A DNA stretch of 64,000 bases from Amoebidium appalachense (GCA_963693365.1 CAVNZM010000011.1:744001-808000); one strand, 5' to 3'; counted from the stretch's first letter, positions 1 to 43,734 are shown. Notes: a model not told the origin generated them from the sequence alone. A program made the numbers and translations.

Positions 1-110
1 CCACCACCCCCCAGACACACACGCACACACACGCACGCACACACACACACACACACACACAGACACACAGCACCACAGCACGAAACAATCGGCATACACA
101 GAGTGACTTT

Positions 111-144
<34 letters not shown>

Positions 145-150
145 TCTCTC

Positions 151-8406
<8,256 letters not shown>

Positions 8407-9067
8407 GTCACCAGAAAACACGAATGATCCCGTATGAATTTTGTTGTGACAGTGATAGTAGCATGCACTATGTATGTTGAGTGGAAACGATGTGTGATGT
8501 GCACTATGCGTATGGGTGTGTGCTATACAGAACTAGTGTAGTGGTCAATGTTGTCCATCCATAAACCATTGTATGCATGTAGACAATGTCGTAACTGCAT
8601 ACCATTGTACGAATGTTATTGTATTGTGACAAATGAAATCTGCACGAACGGTCAGGCCCTGTACTCTCTGTACTATGACATTATCAAATGTGCGGACATG
8701 CCACTGGGTGGCCAGGTAAAAAAAATAGATTAAAAAAACCACCAAGCTTGATGGACATGTGTGGATGACACACTGTATGTATTGCTCTTTAGAAATTAAT
8801 TGCCACCTTAATATCCACCCCCCCCCCCCCCCCCCAACAACAAAAAAAAAATCATGCACACCCTTCCTGCCACGTGGGTATGATTTGCATTCCACAGGTG
8901 TGCAGGAAACTGGACAGTAGGGTGACAAAGGCCACACATGGCCATGGCAGGCCAGGTGGGGCATACCTGCATGTGCACACTTACACTGAATGCATATGTG
9001 TCTGTCATAGTACGGTCGCGTGCACGTGAACCTGCCAATATATATGTCGGCAATGCCCAGAAACCAC

Positions 9068-9119
<52 letters not shown>

Positions 9120-10021
9120 ACCACCACCACCACCACCACCACCACCACCACCACCACCACCACCACCACCGTGACCACCATGCACCCACCCAAACGCACG
9201 CACACGCACATATGTACAGGCACAAAGACACATGTCACGCACACGCTAAACACACACAGCCAGATCCGTCTAAAGTTGCCCATATGGCCTGCAGCTGCTA
9301 TGATACACGGATTCGTGGCGAGCAAAGATCGATCTGGACCGTCTGATATGTGCATATAACACAGCGTGCACGTGGTCAGTCAAGAGTCCAGCCGCGCCGG
9401 TGCTACCCTCCATTGCAATCAGTTGGCGCCGATAATCATGTGCGCACGCATGCTGCAACGTGTCCACACGTACAGACGACAAAAGTGCTCATTGGCCCTG
9501 TCCAACTTGCCACATAGAATCATAGGTGGGTCGGGATCGGTCGAACTTTCAACAAGCCAGACACAGGCCTGAATAAAATCAACAGGCAGTCGATATGCTA
9601 CGTATACACCGTTATCTATCACAGATGGACTGAGCCTCGTCGCTTTATTTGTGAATCCAGCTACTGTAACAACTCCAGCAACACCCATAAAGATACTACT
9701 TCTGTCCCATTTGACATAGGTTTATACGATTTATTCCCCTCCCACATAACCAAGGTCTATCTTACATTTTTCAAGTTACGCAGAAAGGCTATTTATTATT
9801 GATACACAACACTATCTGAGACCTGCCTCATACACAACACCAAAAAACTCACAAACATGAGCACACACCTATTGCTATCAATACATGACCCATCAGAGCC
9901 GTGCCACAATGCGCATGTGCAGGAAAAAAACAAGCACACACCTATCACTTCCAACTGTAACAGCTACACCTAACTCCTCCACACCACCACGCCATGCATG
10001 CAAGCAAAACCACCCAACTGC

Positions 10022-30618
<20,597 letters not shown>

Positions 30619-30764
30619 CTTGGAGACTCTGGTGGCTAACTATCAAGTTATCAAGTCTCTTGGCCCCTTGAAAAACAAAGAGAGAGTAAGGGAGAATCCC
30701 ACTATGAAGTGGAACTGGGTATCAGAAGCGACGTACGGCTAATAGATAGCTGACTTCATAAGTG

Positions 30765-30802
<38 letters not shown>

Positions 30803-30859
30803 AAGGAAAAAAAGGGGCTATCGGGCCTGTGTATGCTTACGTAAGAAATTCCAATGAGT

Positions 30860-31110
30860 GCGGGCATTGCCAATCAGCAATGCAGATCTCGTGTTCTAAC
30901 GTGATTGGTTACCCTGGAGAGCCAGAGTACCCGATATGGTAGACATGAGTCTAAAAAAGGTTCGTGTCAGATCCGGAAAAGCATTTGTAAGATCCGGAAT
31001 ATCCTACAGCCAATCATTGACAGGTCCGTTTAACCTTATTTCCCACAAGCAGCCAATTGCATGTTCCCGAAAATGCAAATTGACAGCCTCCGCGGGTATA
31101 TAAAGGAGAC
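30860..31110 (+). promoter_or_regulatory. Divergent promoter region between intersectin and the HSP20 gene
   Basis: TATATAAA at 31097-31104; CCAAT boxes near 30870, 31009 and 31053; HSE-like GTTCCCGAAA near 31063 and degenerate GATCCGGAA repeats at about 30970-31000. Confidence 0.6.
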
Positions 31111-31222
31111 GTCTCCAGTCAGTCCACATCAGTTTTTTCAGTCAAACAAAACTGCAAGAAACAAAGCGCCAGAAGTCTTGATCTCTTTCTCTCTACGCCT
31201 GTCAAACTTACTTTCACTCAAG

Positions 31223-31705
31223 ATGGCACTTCAGCTGTTCGGCGATATATTTGGCGAGGACCCCTTCGTCCCAGGCTTTGGCTTCAACGACCCCTTCTTC
31301 CGCACGGGTGCAGTTGAGCGTCCACGCCGCCACCCAGGCACCCTGCAGGTGGCCACGGAGGGGCAGTTCTGGAGCCCCCGCTGTGACGTGCGCGAACTGG
31401 GCGACAAGTACGACATTGTGATGGAGCTGCCCGGGGTATCCAAGGAGAACATCGACATCAACCTCAAGGACAACATGCTGACGCTCAAGGCCGAGATGCG
31501 CCACGAGGAGACCAAGGAGGGCGAGCAGTACCACCGCAGGGAGCGTCGGTTTGGCACCTACCAGCGCCAGTTCATGGTGCCGGACACGGTCAAGGCTGAA
31601 GACATCAAGGCGCGCTACGAGAACGGCCTGCTGCATGTGGAGATGCCCAAACCTGCCCCCCCTGCTGAGGCCGTCACCCAGCCGGCAAAGATTGCCATTC
31701 AGTGA
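31223..31705 (+). CDS. Small heat-shock protein (HSP20/alpha-crystallin domain), intronless, 160 aa
   Basis: WSPRCDVRE...MELPGVSKENIDI...RRERRFGTYQRQF..P..VKAEDIKARYENGLLHVEMPK. The ATG at 31223 is preferred over 31061 because it lies downstream of the TATA box. AATAAA near 31944. Confidence 0.95.
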   Translation: MALQLFGDIFGEDPFVPGFGFNDPFFRTGAVERPRRHPGTLQVATEGQFWSPRCDVRELGDKYDIVMELPGVSKENIDINLKDNMLTLKAEMRHEETKEGEQYHRRERRFGTYQRQFMVPDTVKAEDIKARYENGLLHVEMPKPAPPAEAVTQPAKIAIQ

Positions 31706-32558
31706 GCGCGACTTGTGTCTGGTAGGGGATGTGGATGGGTCATTCTTAAATCGTGGGGTGAGCGGGTGATGCGTATATAGGTTGACAGGTAGACTAGGGT
31801 TGTTTTTGGAGAGTCGGGAAAAGTAGGACAGAAAAGCTTTTTGTATGATATTGTATGATTGTAGGTGCTCTTGATGTGGATACGGTGGTGCTGGAAAATT
31901 TGAGACGCTTTGGTGGCATCCCGGTGGTGTCATATTGTACATAAATAAAGGTCTTGAAAAATTGAAATATGTGCATCATTGTTCACGGTGTCGTTGCAGG
32001 AAAACAGAATCGAACCTGTAGGGCTGGGGACAGGTCAGGATTTGCACGCGCACGCACACGCGCACGCGCACGCGCATGCGCACACGCATGCACACAACCA
32101 CGAGCACGCGCACAACCACACGCACACGCACACACGCACAACCACACGCACACACGCACAACCGCACGCACACACGCACAACCACAAGCACACACGCATA
32201 CGCACACGCACGAACAAGCACACGCACAGGCACACACACACACACACACACAATCACACGCACACACGCACACGCACACACACACTCACACCTCTTTCCA
32301 CACATTCCACATCTGCACCCAGGCTCACCCTTCCTCAACGTTGTGCACGTAACGTGATGATTATCGATTCGGAATGTTACACATCAGTATTCGGCCTGCC
32401 AGCTGGTTCAACTTTTGCCCAGTCGTTGAGTACTCACTAGTACTGCAGTACCACGCTTTGCCGCGATGAAACACTCTCAGTATTGGCCCCTCCTCCTTCC
32501 CCCCCTCCTCCCTCCTCCAAGCCCCCTTCCCTCCCCCCCCTTCCCCCCCCTCTCCCCC

Positions 32559-32613
<55 letters not shown>

Positions 32614-32923
32614 GGGGCCGTTGACAACCCAACCCATTGCCACCACTATCGTTCACAACATGGCATTGCGACCACTATCAATTCTCACCGGTTTCCCGTC
32701 TATCACGTCACCTTTTTGTGAGCTTAACACTAAATAACACTTACATCACCTAATTCAGTCTGTTGACGAATATCTACGGTATTCGATATTCACATTTAGA
32801 CAGAGAGGGGGGGGGGGGGGGGGGGGGGAGGGGGGGGGGGGAGTGTGTGTGTGTGCTTGTGTGTGTGCGTGCGCGCGCGCATGTGTTGGTGTGTGTGTCC
32901 AACCCCCGCCCCTCCCTTTTTTT

Positions 32924-32958
<35 letters not shown>

Positions 32959-33223
32959 GAAGGGCACTTTTGGCAACTTCTTTCAAGTTCGAACGCCTCT
33001 AGCCCAACACCCATGCATCAAGCAGGGTTTAGTAGCATACAACACCCATGCACACCAAATGCCTAAACTCAAAATTGTTGAGTCACCTGATTACTACTGT
33101 TGTGCATCGACTGTTTGCGCAAACAAAAATCACCAACCCCTAACCTAAAAAAGAAAAAGTTTATGATTTTATGCTAAGGAATAAATACAATAAGATGGGA
33201 TCCATTCGCACCAAACAACTAGA

Positions 33224-33869
33224 TTACGCCTGGGCCAGTGTATCATCCGACCTGCCCAACAGCCCCAAACTCGACGCCTTCTGCATAACCACTTGTGATT
33301 GGTTCTTGCCTGCATCCGCCATTCCCACAATCATCCCAGAACCGTCCGGATTGGTCTCAGCCTTTCCTGTGCCGTCACTCTCCATAGTGTACACGATGCA
33401 CTGACCAATCATAGACTCGGAATCTCTTGTGCGCCTGCCCCCCATGCGCAAAGTCATGTTTATTGTTGCGGTTGTTTTGGCGTCGGGTGTGTTTGCCGGG
33501 CGACTAGCAATATCACCTGGTCTTGTCTGATCGGTCCAAGAGCTGAATCTGTGTAGCGTCCTAAATCCAAATGTGCATAGGACTTTAATAACGAAGAGTA
33601 TTGCAATGGCCAAAAACAGGGAAAGGTATTTGGCGGCACATGCGAATCGATAGCGCGATTGGGCGGTTGAAAAGTTGCTCAGAAGAGGACCGGCCACAAC
33701 CAGGACGACTGCAAGGTTGTAGACCGTGGCCACCATGAATTTGCCTTTAGCGGGCACAAAGTAGGGGAGTGGAGGGAGGGGGGAGGGGGGAGGGGGGAGG
33801 AGTGGGGGGGGGGGAGAAGGGAGTAGTTACCGGGAGGGGGTGCCTCGAGGGGGCGCGAGGGGGTGAAGG

Positions 33870-33937
<68 letters not shown>

Positions 33938-33993
33938 TGTGTGCGTGCGTGCGTGCGTGCGTGCGTGTGTGCGTGCGTGTGTGCGTGTGTGCG

Positions 33994-34039
<46 letters not shown>

Positions 34040-36298
34040 GAGGGGGGGGGGGGAGGAAGGGAGGGGGGGGGGGGGTAATATAGAAGGGGGGGGGGGGGGA
34101 GGGGGGGAGGGAGGACGAGGAGAAGGTAATTCAGGTCAGTACTGCAACAGACAAGTACGAGGCAATGCAAAAAGACAAGTACGAGGTAGTGCAGACAGAC
34201 CAGTACGAGGGAGTGCAGACAGACGAGTACGAGGTACTGAAAACAGACAAGTATGAGGTAGTGCAGACAGACCAATATAAGGTAGTGCAGACAGACAAGT
34301 GCGAGGTAGTGCAGACAGACAAGTATAAGATAGTGCAGACAGACAATTACGAGGTATTGCAGACAGACAAGTGCGAGGTAAAATGCAAACAGACAAGTAC
34401 GAGGTATTGCAGACAGACAAGCACGAGGAGAGGAAAGGAGGGCTGAGGTTGTTGAAGGCACCAACATCGTGGAATGAGGAATTTGGGTCCGAAAGCCACG
34501 AAAAAAAGGTGGATAGGATGGGATGATATATCCAGAGCGCAATACTGATGTAAGAATGGAGGGATGTTGAGGGAGGGAGGGAAAAAGGCTGGGGAGCGTA
34601 GGGGGAGGGGGGGATGAAAAAGATAGGAGATTACTGTGATTAGCAATACATAGTAGCGCTCTAGCAGTGTGGGGTCGTATTTGCTAGTATCTGCCGGCAG
34701 GGCTCCCCGGGAGGGAGGGAGGGAGGGAGCGAGGGGTGGGGTGGGGGGGGGGGATAGTTGTATGTACCTTCCTGGTACTCGCTGGGGACACTCCAGATGG
34801 CAATACTCAGCAGGCAGCAGGCAAGCACTAGCAGCGCCATGCAGCCACACAGCGTCTAATAGGCTACGCCCGTTGGGAGCACGTGACCTGTGACCCCCAC
34901 GGTGTACACCATAGACCCAGCACCAGACCCCCCCACTATTGGAAATTCGTGTTGTTTTTCGGCTATTTGGACACCTTCCGTCGCAATGAAAACTGCAAGG
35001 AGAATTCCGACGAAAATTACGAGCACCGGAAGGTATATGGAGAGCCTTTGGTCGTTTAGGTAGTTTCCGATGTTTTTGACGTTTCGGGCGCGGAAACACA
35101 TATAAATGCGAAGAAGTTTCACGATCAAAGATCCGAAAAGTATGGCAAATCCGATGAAAAATAGCGCGACCTCCGCCTGCACACGCACCGAGTCTGGGGG
35201 GCCGGGGAAGACACATAGGGCAACGAACATTAAGGTGGCACCCAGTAGGATGGTGTGTAGGAAGAGTGGAGAGGCGCTGCGGATAGGTTTGCGCCCTTAA
35301 ACACGGCAACAATCAGGGCTAGAGTGATGCACACGGCACACCCAATGGCACTCATTGCGTACGCAACGTAGGCCTCACTTGATTGGCTCCCTACATGTCC
35401 ACATTCAAAGAAAAGCGTCTCGGGCAGGGGTGTGCTGTCGTTACGGCAGGAAAGATTCGTTGTATTTCCGCCATGAAAATGTCGCTGAAAACTGCCCGGT
35501 TTTCTCGTCGCATTTACTTGTGCTAAATACCAAATCCCGTGGATATGTGCAGACCTGCAGGAATGCTTAATCATGACTTTGCACCCGAGACTGGCCGCTT
35601 CTTTGAGTGTTGCATTTTTAACGGACAGGGCAAGAAGAAAATGCCTCAGGGTCTTGAAATTTCTAAATGCTGCTATTCCCTTGGGGGTCCCATATGGATA
35701 TCCGATTGGGATTGCGTTCTCGACCGCAGTGGCGCTAAATTGCGAGCGGGGGTTTTTACTCCAAGGCCAAGTTTCAATTTCTTCTGCGCCGTCATAGGGT
35801 GGGAAGAAAATCCATTGTGTCGTTTATGCCAGGAATAAACCCCCGCTTGTAGGAAACCATCTGGAAAATCATATCCCACGAAAGCGACAAATTTCGTGTA
35901 CCAGACGTGGCAACCAGACCGTACCCAAAAAGCGCTGGTATAGTGTTTGGGGGGACCCCGATTGAAATTTCAGGATGCTTTGGTGCAGCTGTGCGCTTGA
36001 ACTCAAAGTTGCGCCAGAGAGAATTTTTTGCGAGTCGGTTTCTGTGGGATCTATGATGTGGTCGTAGTGGCGGAATGGGGCGGTGGGTGGGAATGGGATA
36101 TTTGGATATCGGGTGTTCCAATTTTCGAAAGTCGGGTCCTGGGCCGGATATAAGTTGGGGTCCATAAGACCCTCTTGCAGCAGCGGCAGGAGTGTCTCGT
36201 GTGTGGGTGTTTGGTTGGTGGGTCGGTTAGGGAGTGCTAGGGGTGGGATTAAACCGGGAGAGAGAGGGTGGGGGGTTGGGGGGTGCATGTGTGTTTGC

Positions 36299-36361
<63 letters not shown>

Positions 36362-37596
36362 TTATATGGATGATGATAGCAGAGACAGTTCTATGCAAAT
36401 ATGTTCCCCCCCCCTCCGGGGGGGGGGGGGGGGGTGGGGAAGGGGGGAGAGGGAGGGAGGGGGAGAGGGGGCGGGTATGGGGGGGGGGGAGGGAGGGGGG
36501 GGGGGGGGGAGGGTCGATGTTTTTGATTTGTTGCCAGGGTAGGATAGAGGGGGGACTTAAGGAGATATGTCCCAAGGCCAGGCAGCAACAAGAGTAGCAG
36601 GTGAGTTGGTGTTAGAGAGGGAAGAGGTTGGAGGGGGAATGGGGAAGATTGAGGATTGAGGGGGAGGGGTGGGAGGAGCCCCCCCCCCCTCCCCCCCCCT
36701 CTCCCCCTCCCCACCCCCCGGGGGGGGGGGAGGGGGGAGGGGGGGGGGAGGGGGGAGGGGGGGGGAGAAGGGGAGGGGGAGAAGCGGGCTCCGGGGAAGG
36801 GGGGAAAGGGGAGGGGAGTGTTTATGATTGGGGGGAAGGGGGGGGGGGGGGGGGAGGAGGGGTACCTCGACTGCAGCCATAAATTCTTCATCGTAGAGAT
36901 TGCACTCGTAATCGGAGTAATTGTCCGTGTCGGAGCGCTGGAACATGTTGTCGGCAATCATCTGCGTGAACAGCAGCTCATTGTCGTACCCGGGCTCAAA
37001 CAGAAATCCGGACTGGCCCGATTGGTCGGAAATATTGCACATGGCATCTAGGAATGTGTCCCAGTCCCAGCTCATTTTGTCGATTTCAGAACGGAAGTCT
37101 TCGATCGTGGTGGGCATCGGGGGTGTAAGGGTCTCAAATTCCGAAAATGTTCTGTACGGGTAGGGATTTGTGAATATGTGGTTTGGTGGTGGTAAGAAAG
37201 GAAGGAAGGGGGTTAGCGGTGGTGGTGGTGGTTACGGGGGGTAGGAGGAGGGCGGGGGTCAGGGAGGAGCAAAAGGAAGGTGTGTGTGTAGGAGGGGGGG
37301 GGGGTTCGTCGCGAATTGAGGGACGTTTCTTATTGGGTTAAGACCAGCTAGTGGGGGAACAGAGCTGTTCGTGATGGTAGAGAGTAAAACATGGTTGGTG
37401 GTGTGGTGGGTGGATTTGACGGTGGTGGAGAAGGGGTGGCGCGGGGGGGGGGGGGGGGGGGGGGGGGGGGCGTCTTTGTGTGCCAAGCACACTCTGTGTG
37501 CTGAACCTACCCATGTATGCCGAATACTTTAACGCAATCATGGTTTTTCATGTGGAGGGAAACGCGGAGGGGGGTGGGGGGTGGGTGAGGGGGGGG

Positions 37597-37646
<50 letters not shown>

Positions 37647-38888
37647 AGCACAGGCAGTGGTTAAAAAAGAACCCGAAAACTGTTGGAAATGGACGCTTAA
37701 GGGGTTACTAATGGGGAGTATGTTGGAGAGGGTGTGTTCCAAATGAGTTTGAGGGGGGAAGAAGGGGGGAGGGGGCCCGGGGAGGGGGTGGTGGGGTGGG
37801 GTGGGGTTGGGGGGGAGGGGGGGGGGGGGCTACGATAAGAAGTTGTGGCACAAAAAATGCAAGCTGAGCTCCTGTACACTGAAACATGCCGTGTTGAATC
37901 GCACGCCCATGTGCACGTGCACGCACCAGACACCCATAGATCCCTTAAACACAACTCAAACACCGTGGCACCTACACGCCCACACCCACACATCTCCTTC
38001 TCCCCTCCCCCCCCCCCCCCCCCCCCCCCCCCCCGCCCCTCCCGGCCCTTCTCGCCTTTCCTGCTCCTCCCCCCACCCCACCCCCCCACACACACACAAG
38101 CACACACACGTAAAAGTTATCCCACCACCCCTAAATGCACGCACATACACACACTTACAACCACATGCACACAAAGAAGACACGCACAAAACAAACACAC
38201 ACACGCCTGTTCTTGTAGACCTTAACCTGTGCCCCTGCAGCCAGAGGCACAGCCGCCCACGTGTCCATATCGACCCTCATACTGTCGGCCACATATGCAT
38301 TAACCTTTTTCTCAACCAACTTCTGTATCGCTATATCGGGTTGAACTCCATCTTCAATCGCTTGCCTTATATGGCGCCTCATTTTCCCATGATGTCTTCT
38401 ATCATTTTCTTAGAAACGAGCGTGGGAATGTCAGTGTGACACACGAGAATGACGTCGGGACGGTCCAGCCAATGGGAACCGAGCACGTGTGGTCACCTGA
38501 TGATAGAAGCTCGTCCAGATTTTCCCACGGAACATTCCAGAGCTCTAGGCAGATACGACATTGGGGATTGGCCGCTACTGCAGTGCAAACGAGCTCCTGT
38601 GGTTGGTTGAATGTCAGGCGATGATGGGGAATATGGAGAGGCATGCACGTAGAAAGTAACACGTTTAATGTCGTGTGGCTGTTACTAATGACACACCCTT
38701 TTAGCTAAAATAAATATCCCCCCCTCCCCTCCCCCCCCATCCACCCACCCACCCACTCACCCCCCATACCCTCCCCCTCCCCCTCCCCCCCCCCCCCCCC
38801 CCTCCCCCCCCTCCCCCCCACCTTCCCACTCCAAAAAACCACACGAAGGGGTCCGTGCACATCCTCACACAAACGCGTGCACACGTGA

Positions 38889-38925
<37 letters not shown>

Positions 38926-38945
38926 GGAACTGCACATACACACAA

Positions 38946-39030
<85 letters not shown>

Positions 39031-40108
39031 CACACACACGCGCGCGCGCACACACAGACACGCCCAGGCTGATCATGAAAACGATGAAACAACCCTAGAC
39101 ACACACAGGCACGTGCCCGTGTGGACGCAGCGCACACACGTGCAAACGTACCGGCATACACCTCCTTTCCCGTTCCCATGTCCGTGCAATTTTTGCACGT
39201 ACACGTATGATTTTAGGACATATCTGCACACACATTACATGCACATCTTCGTCTTTCAAAATTTTCACACCTCCGTCATCTAAAATGAAATGCCATGGTG
39301 ATGATACATATATTGCTGAGCAACCCCCCCCCCCCCCCCCCCCCCCCCCCCAGCCCCCTCCCCACTCCCCCCCCCTCTCGAGATTATTCGTGCATATGTT
39401 CTAGTTTGTGCTTCTTCATTTTTTTTTTTTTTTTTTTTTTTTTTTTGCACCACACCCACCTGCATGGCCTTGACCACGACCCTTCTGAAATCCACGGCCC
39501 CAGGCCTCACAAAAGGACTCCATAGCACCGTGCGGTCTGGTGACTTTGCATCCATCTCACTGCCCGCCTGCCCCTGCGGAGTCACAACAAACCTCTCGAC
39601 AGGGGCAGTCTCTGTCCCCTTCCACCCCTCTACTCCCAAAATACTAGTTGCAGAGGAAAAATTCGCGCCACTTTCCAGGCCGTATACATTTTTTCTTTTA
39701 TTTTATCCCGTTTGTTCCCGGAGGTACCCCTAGGGGTCCTCAGGGGGAACTACCGTCTTCCACCCAGCACCGACAGTACTCTAGCTAGGGTGCTACGATG
39801 CTAGTAGCTAAACTAACACACCTATAACAGTCCTAACTATATGTACACACTTTGCCCAAGGTATCACCCCAGCCACGCCGGTGGGTAAGGCCCGTATACA
39901 CGTGGCATAGAATTCTCACAACATTCAATTTGGTAGGTGGTGCACAGGTAGTCGGCATACCGCATGTCTCGTCACTAGGCCGAATATCCCCAATGTTTTC
40001 GGCATTGTACTCGTTTGGCCTTGCAAGGGCAACGCCTGATGAGGCCAAGAGGCCACAACAAACAGTGAGGAAACAATGCCTACTACCGATTATAGCAGTT
40101 GGCCTAGA
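33224..40108 (-). pseudogene. Class C (family 3) GPCR with an N-terminal solute-binding-protein-like ectodomain, apparently disrupted
   Basis: Signal-peptide-like FLTVCCGLLASSGVALA. SBP-like WDWDTFLDAM and FGYGLVATSGTRNLSLSWDMIFQM. 7tm_3 motifs RKPIRSASPLFLHTILLG, GFAILFGSLIVKLLRIYMCF and SVPSEYQEGKFMVATVYN. Frameshift at about 35295, further frame changes at about 35790-36000, and an in-frame TAG at 34856-34858. First exon not located. Confidence 0.75.
34149..34428. repeat. 24-bp intronic minisatellite (~11 copies)
   Basis: Unit CAGACAGACAAGTACGAGGTAGTG with variants. Confidence 0.9.
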
Positions 40109-41261
40109 CTGAAGTTAATATTCTGTTGTGCTTTTTATCGCATGGTAGGAAGAGTGTGCATAAAAACCTTCCGGGTTATTTGATTATGGTGTGAAAATAA
40201 AGCTCTCATTAACCATATAGTTATTCAATCCAAATGTAACTGCTTGAGTTACTGCAGGTTGTTGTGCAACTGCAGGGGTTACTTTCATGGAGTTCAATGC
40301 CCGTGAACCATGGTCTACGGACACCTCATATTAGCTGATGCATATTTGGTGCCTTCCAAGTAGGTGTTTCGAATTGTTTGCAAGGTTTGTTTTAACCGGC
40401 GGGCCGGCACAGTCGGGACTCAAACTCACGCTGTTCGGGAGTCACGATGGCTTAGAGATCATTTCTCGCGTCATTTGTTTCTGAGCAAACTTCGAGTACA
40501 GAGTTAATTATCCGGAGCAGATCTTTAGCTGGCACGTGGCTGGTCAGCTGTGTACTACAATGCATGAGGAGCTCATGGGGCCAGTTATTAATAAATTGGC
40601 ATCATTACATTTGATGATGGCAGGGTCAGTGCGATAGGAGGTGAGGCTATACAAAGTGTTCACTGCTGGTGCATGCGTACTGTTAGTAAAGCGCTTCCGG
40701 AAAACCGTTCACCGAAAACTGTGCCGAAACACTGGTGCGTGGCATACACATGTATGCGCCGGACTCGCTATTATTAATAATTTTTTATTAGCTTGTCTTT
40801 TCAGGTGAAACAACACATACAGTTGCAAGGGGAGATCAGTTGGGGAAAACGTGAATCATGATATGATCGATCAGATGAGCATGCATGCATGAGTCATGAG
40901 TGGAGTGGACGTACTACCCACTACGTATACGTGTTATAAGCGTATGTATACGCTGTGACATACGCGTCCAGTACATAACCTTTCAAAGACACAGATTTTT
41001 CACAACAGGCGCCATTTTGCTACATCCGTTCATTCATTCATATCATTGGCTCTTATGGCACAAGATGTATGAGCACGTAAAACAGACGCAAAACGTATCA
41101 TCAAGTGCACTGCACCTTTCAAAGTCATGCCGATGCATAATTGTGTGCACCGAGCTAGTTCGAGGAAAATTCCGATTCGCCCAACGCGCACCAGCTCTTG
41201 TTCGCTGTTTATCTAACCAATCGCTGGCATGAATTTTTCCTATCGGTCTATCTAATAACCA

Positions 41262-41678
41262 ATAGAAATTCGAAGACTAGCTTATTTAGATAATCCTGAT
41301 ATTACTTCTATTGACTATCTGTTAAACCACCATATGTTTTTTTGTTGAATTCTATTGGTCGTCACATTGAGTATTTATATATGATTTTCACACAGTGTTC
41401 AGGTATCTCAGTATGCACTTGTTACTGGATAACTCGTGAAGTTTTTATTGTCTTCTCGGCATGCCGTATCTTCCGTCGAATAAATCCAGTCAAAAGAAGA
41501 AAAAAAAAATTAACGAGTTTTCTAGGGTGTATGATTATTTGAGTCATCTCCTCCGTATCCGTGGGTAGGGGTTTTTTTTTTTTTTTTTTTTTTTTTTTGT
41601 TTGTATTTTCTTCTCTGAGATATCTGTGATATATCCGGCTTGCTTCTCTTTCATGAGCATATCAATAAAGTCATCATT
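41262..41678 (+). mobile_element. 3'-end fragment of a non-LTR retrotransposon (mosaic A-B-C)
   Basis: Encodes EIRRLAYLDNPDITSIDYLLNH; segments match 56973-57118, 57850-58030 and 58031-58104; ends in CAATAAAGTCATCATTAT. Confidence 0.6.
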
Positions 41679-42418
41679 ATTTTTTTCTTCAGTGCAACAT
41701 GTTTCAAAAGCGCTTTGAGGAGGAAATACATGTTTCTATTGGATATGCAGTAATTAACGGGCGTGAGGGTATCACCACTCGAACTCCGTGCAAGGAGTTG
41801 CCACGTGCCAAGGACGCCAGACAAGGCTGAGTGCCTGAGACGCGGTGTTCCGTGACTTCGCACTTACTCTACTTAGCCTCACTTGCAAACAAATTTGTCT
41901 GAACGGTGAATTATGATGTAACCAACCATGGAAGTCCACACGCCACAAGGCTGTGCATGGCAAATGGACACAGGACATGTACATGGGGAAATTGGTATTT
42001 TGTCGTGCTCTCATGCACCGACCAAAATATTTCTGATACAGTCCCTCTCCCCGTCCCGGCTTCCAGCCTGGGTCATCCCTACAAACCCCCCTCCCACACC
42101 CACAAAAAACACCAATCCCACCGCCATCACAGAGTGCCTGTTCGCACCCTTGCTCCCGGTTTGTCTTCGCTCAGTATAGTCTAAGGACAATGATAATTGT
42201 GGCCAGAAAGAATGGCCAAAAAGAGAAAAACCGAGCCCACAAAAACAAAACCAAAAAAACCAAATTATAATTATTATAAATTGCCGAAAGCTTGAAAAAG
42301 ACACATAAATGCAACGCAGGCGCCATTATCTAACAGACGGCCCAACTACATGCAAATCCCGCCGCTGTAGACAGGCAGTCCCAGACGCGCATGATTTTAG
42401 AGCAAGCAGCATTTGTGC

Positions 42419-43698
42419 TTAGGAGTTGGCCACAATGTACTTGACCACGTCCTCAGCCGTGAAGATCTTCTCGGCATCCTTGTCGGGGATGGCCAACGAG
42501 AACTCGTCCTCCATGGCCATGATCTGCAGCCAATCAAAAGCAATCAGCCATAGCATACGAATCATACAAGGTACCCATGGCTTGAAACGTTGGATCATAG
42601 AGTGATGATACCGGCGCGTGGAGATATACTAAAGGACCATTCAGGCCAATCTTCCCTATCCCCCCCCCCACTCCACCACACACACACAGACGCCTCATCC
42701 ATCGATCTCACATTCGCGAGAATGGAGAGGGATGAGTGAGTGGGTGTGTGTGTGTGTGTGTGTATGAAGAGAAGACGGGAGGGGGAGGGGGGGGGGGGGG
42801 GGGGGGGGGGAGAGAGTGTGTGTGTGTGTGTGTGGAGAGGGGAGGGAGAGGGAGGGAGGGAGTAAGAAAGGGAGAGCGAGAGAATGTGTGTATAAAATCA
42901 GAGGGAGAGAAAGCTAGTGCAAGGGGGGGGGGGGTCATCGAAACCACCACCAGGAAGCAAAAAGTCTGCCAGAAAGAAAGGACCTAGCGACAAATGTACC
43001 CGGGCTGCATGATCCACAAACAACAACAGGCAAAGGCGGGGGGAGGGGGGGGGGGGGGGGGGAGGGGGGGGGGGGGGAGGCATTAAAGAGCACTAAGTAT
43101 ACATCCTCGATGGATGACAGCAGATTTTGGACAGCACACAAAGAGGATGAATCCTAGCAGAGTCGGCTTACAGAGGGAGAGACGCGGGGAGGGGGGGGGG
43201 GGGGGGGAGGGACGCCAAAATTTTGAGACAACAAAACACAAGGAGCCACACATCGAATGCCATATCAACACAAATACATAAAGAAACAGCCAGTACCGCA
43301 GATTTCCTAAACAGGGAATAATCAGAGGGGCGGGGGAAATAATCACGAACACGGAACAGTGCCATAGAACGGCATGCCAAGGCAACAATTAACACACAAA
43401 AGAATCTAAAAATCCACGACGCATACTGCCTAAAAACAGTCTCAAAAGCAAATCACAACCACACGCGCGCACAAACATCCAGCCGCACGCGTACGTGCAC
43501 ACACCCACATCCACAAAAACACAGAGGGAGATGCCATAGGGAAAGAGGGGGAAATGTAGAGAGAGAGAGAGAGAGAGAGAGCCGGCATGCATATCACACC
43601 ATGGAACGAAAAAACCGGGTTGAATCACACCTACGAAGTGCGCATATGCAAACACAAAACACAAAAAAAGGATTCAAGACTGCTCTAAACGGGGGGAG

Positions 43699-43734
<36 letters not shown>

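Noticed and set aside
9270-9700. Short gene or endonuclease remnant between RPC1 and intersectin
   Set aside because: Short ORFs with no convincing motif or splice structure.
31061-31222. N-terminal extension of HSP20
   Set aside because: The upstream ATG precedes the TATA box; the region looks like promoter and 5' UTR.
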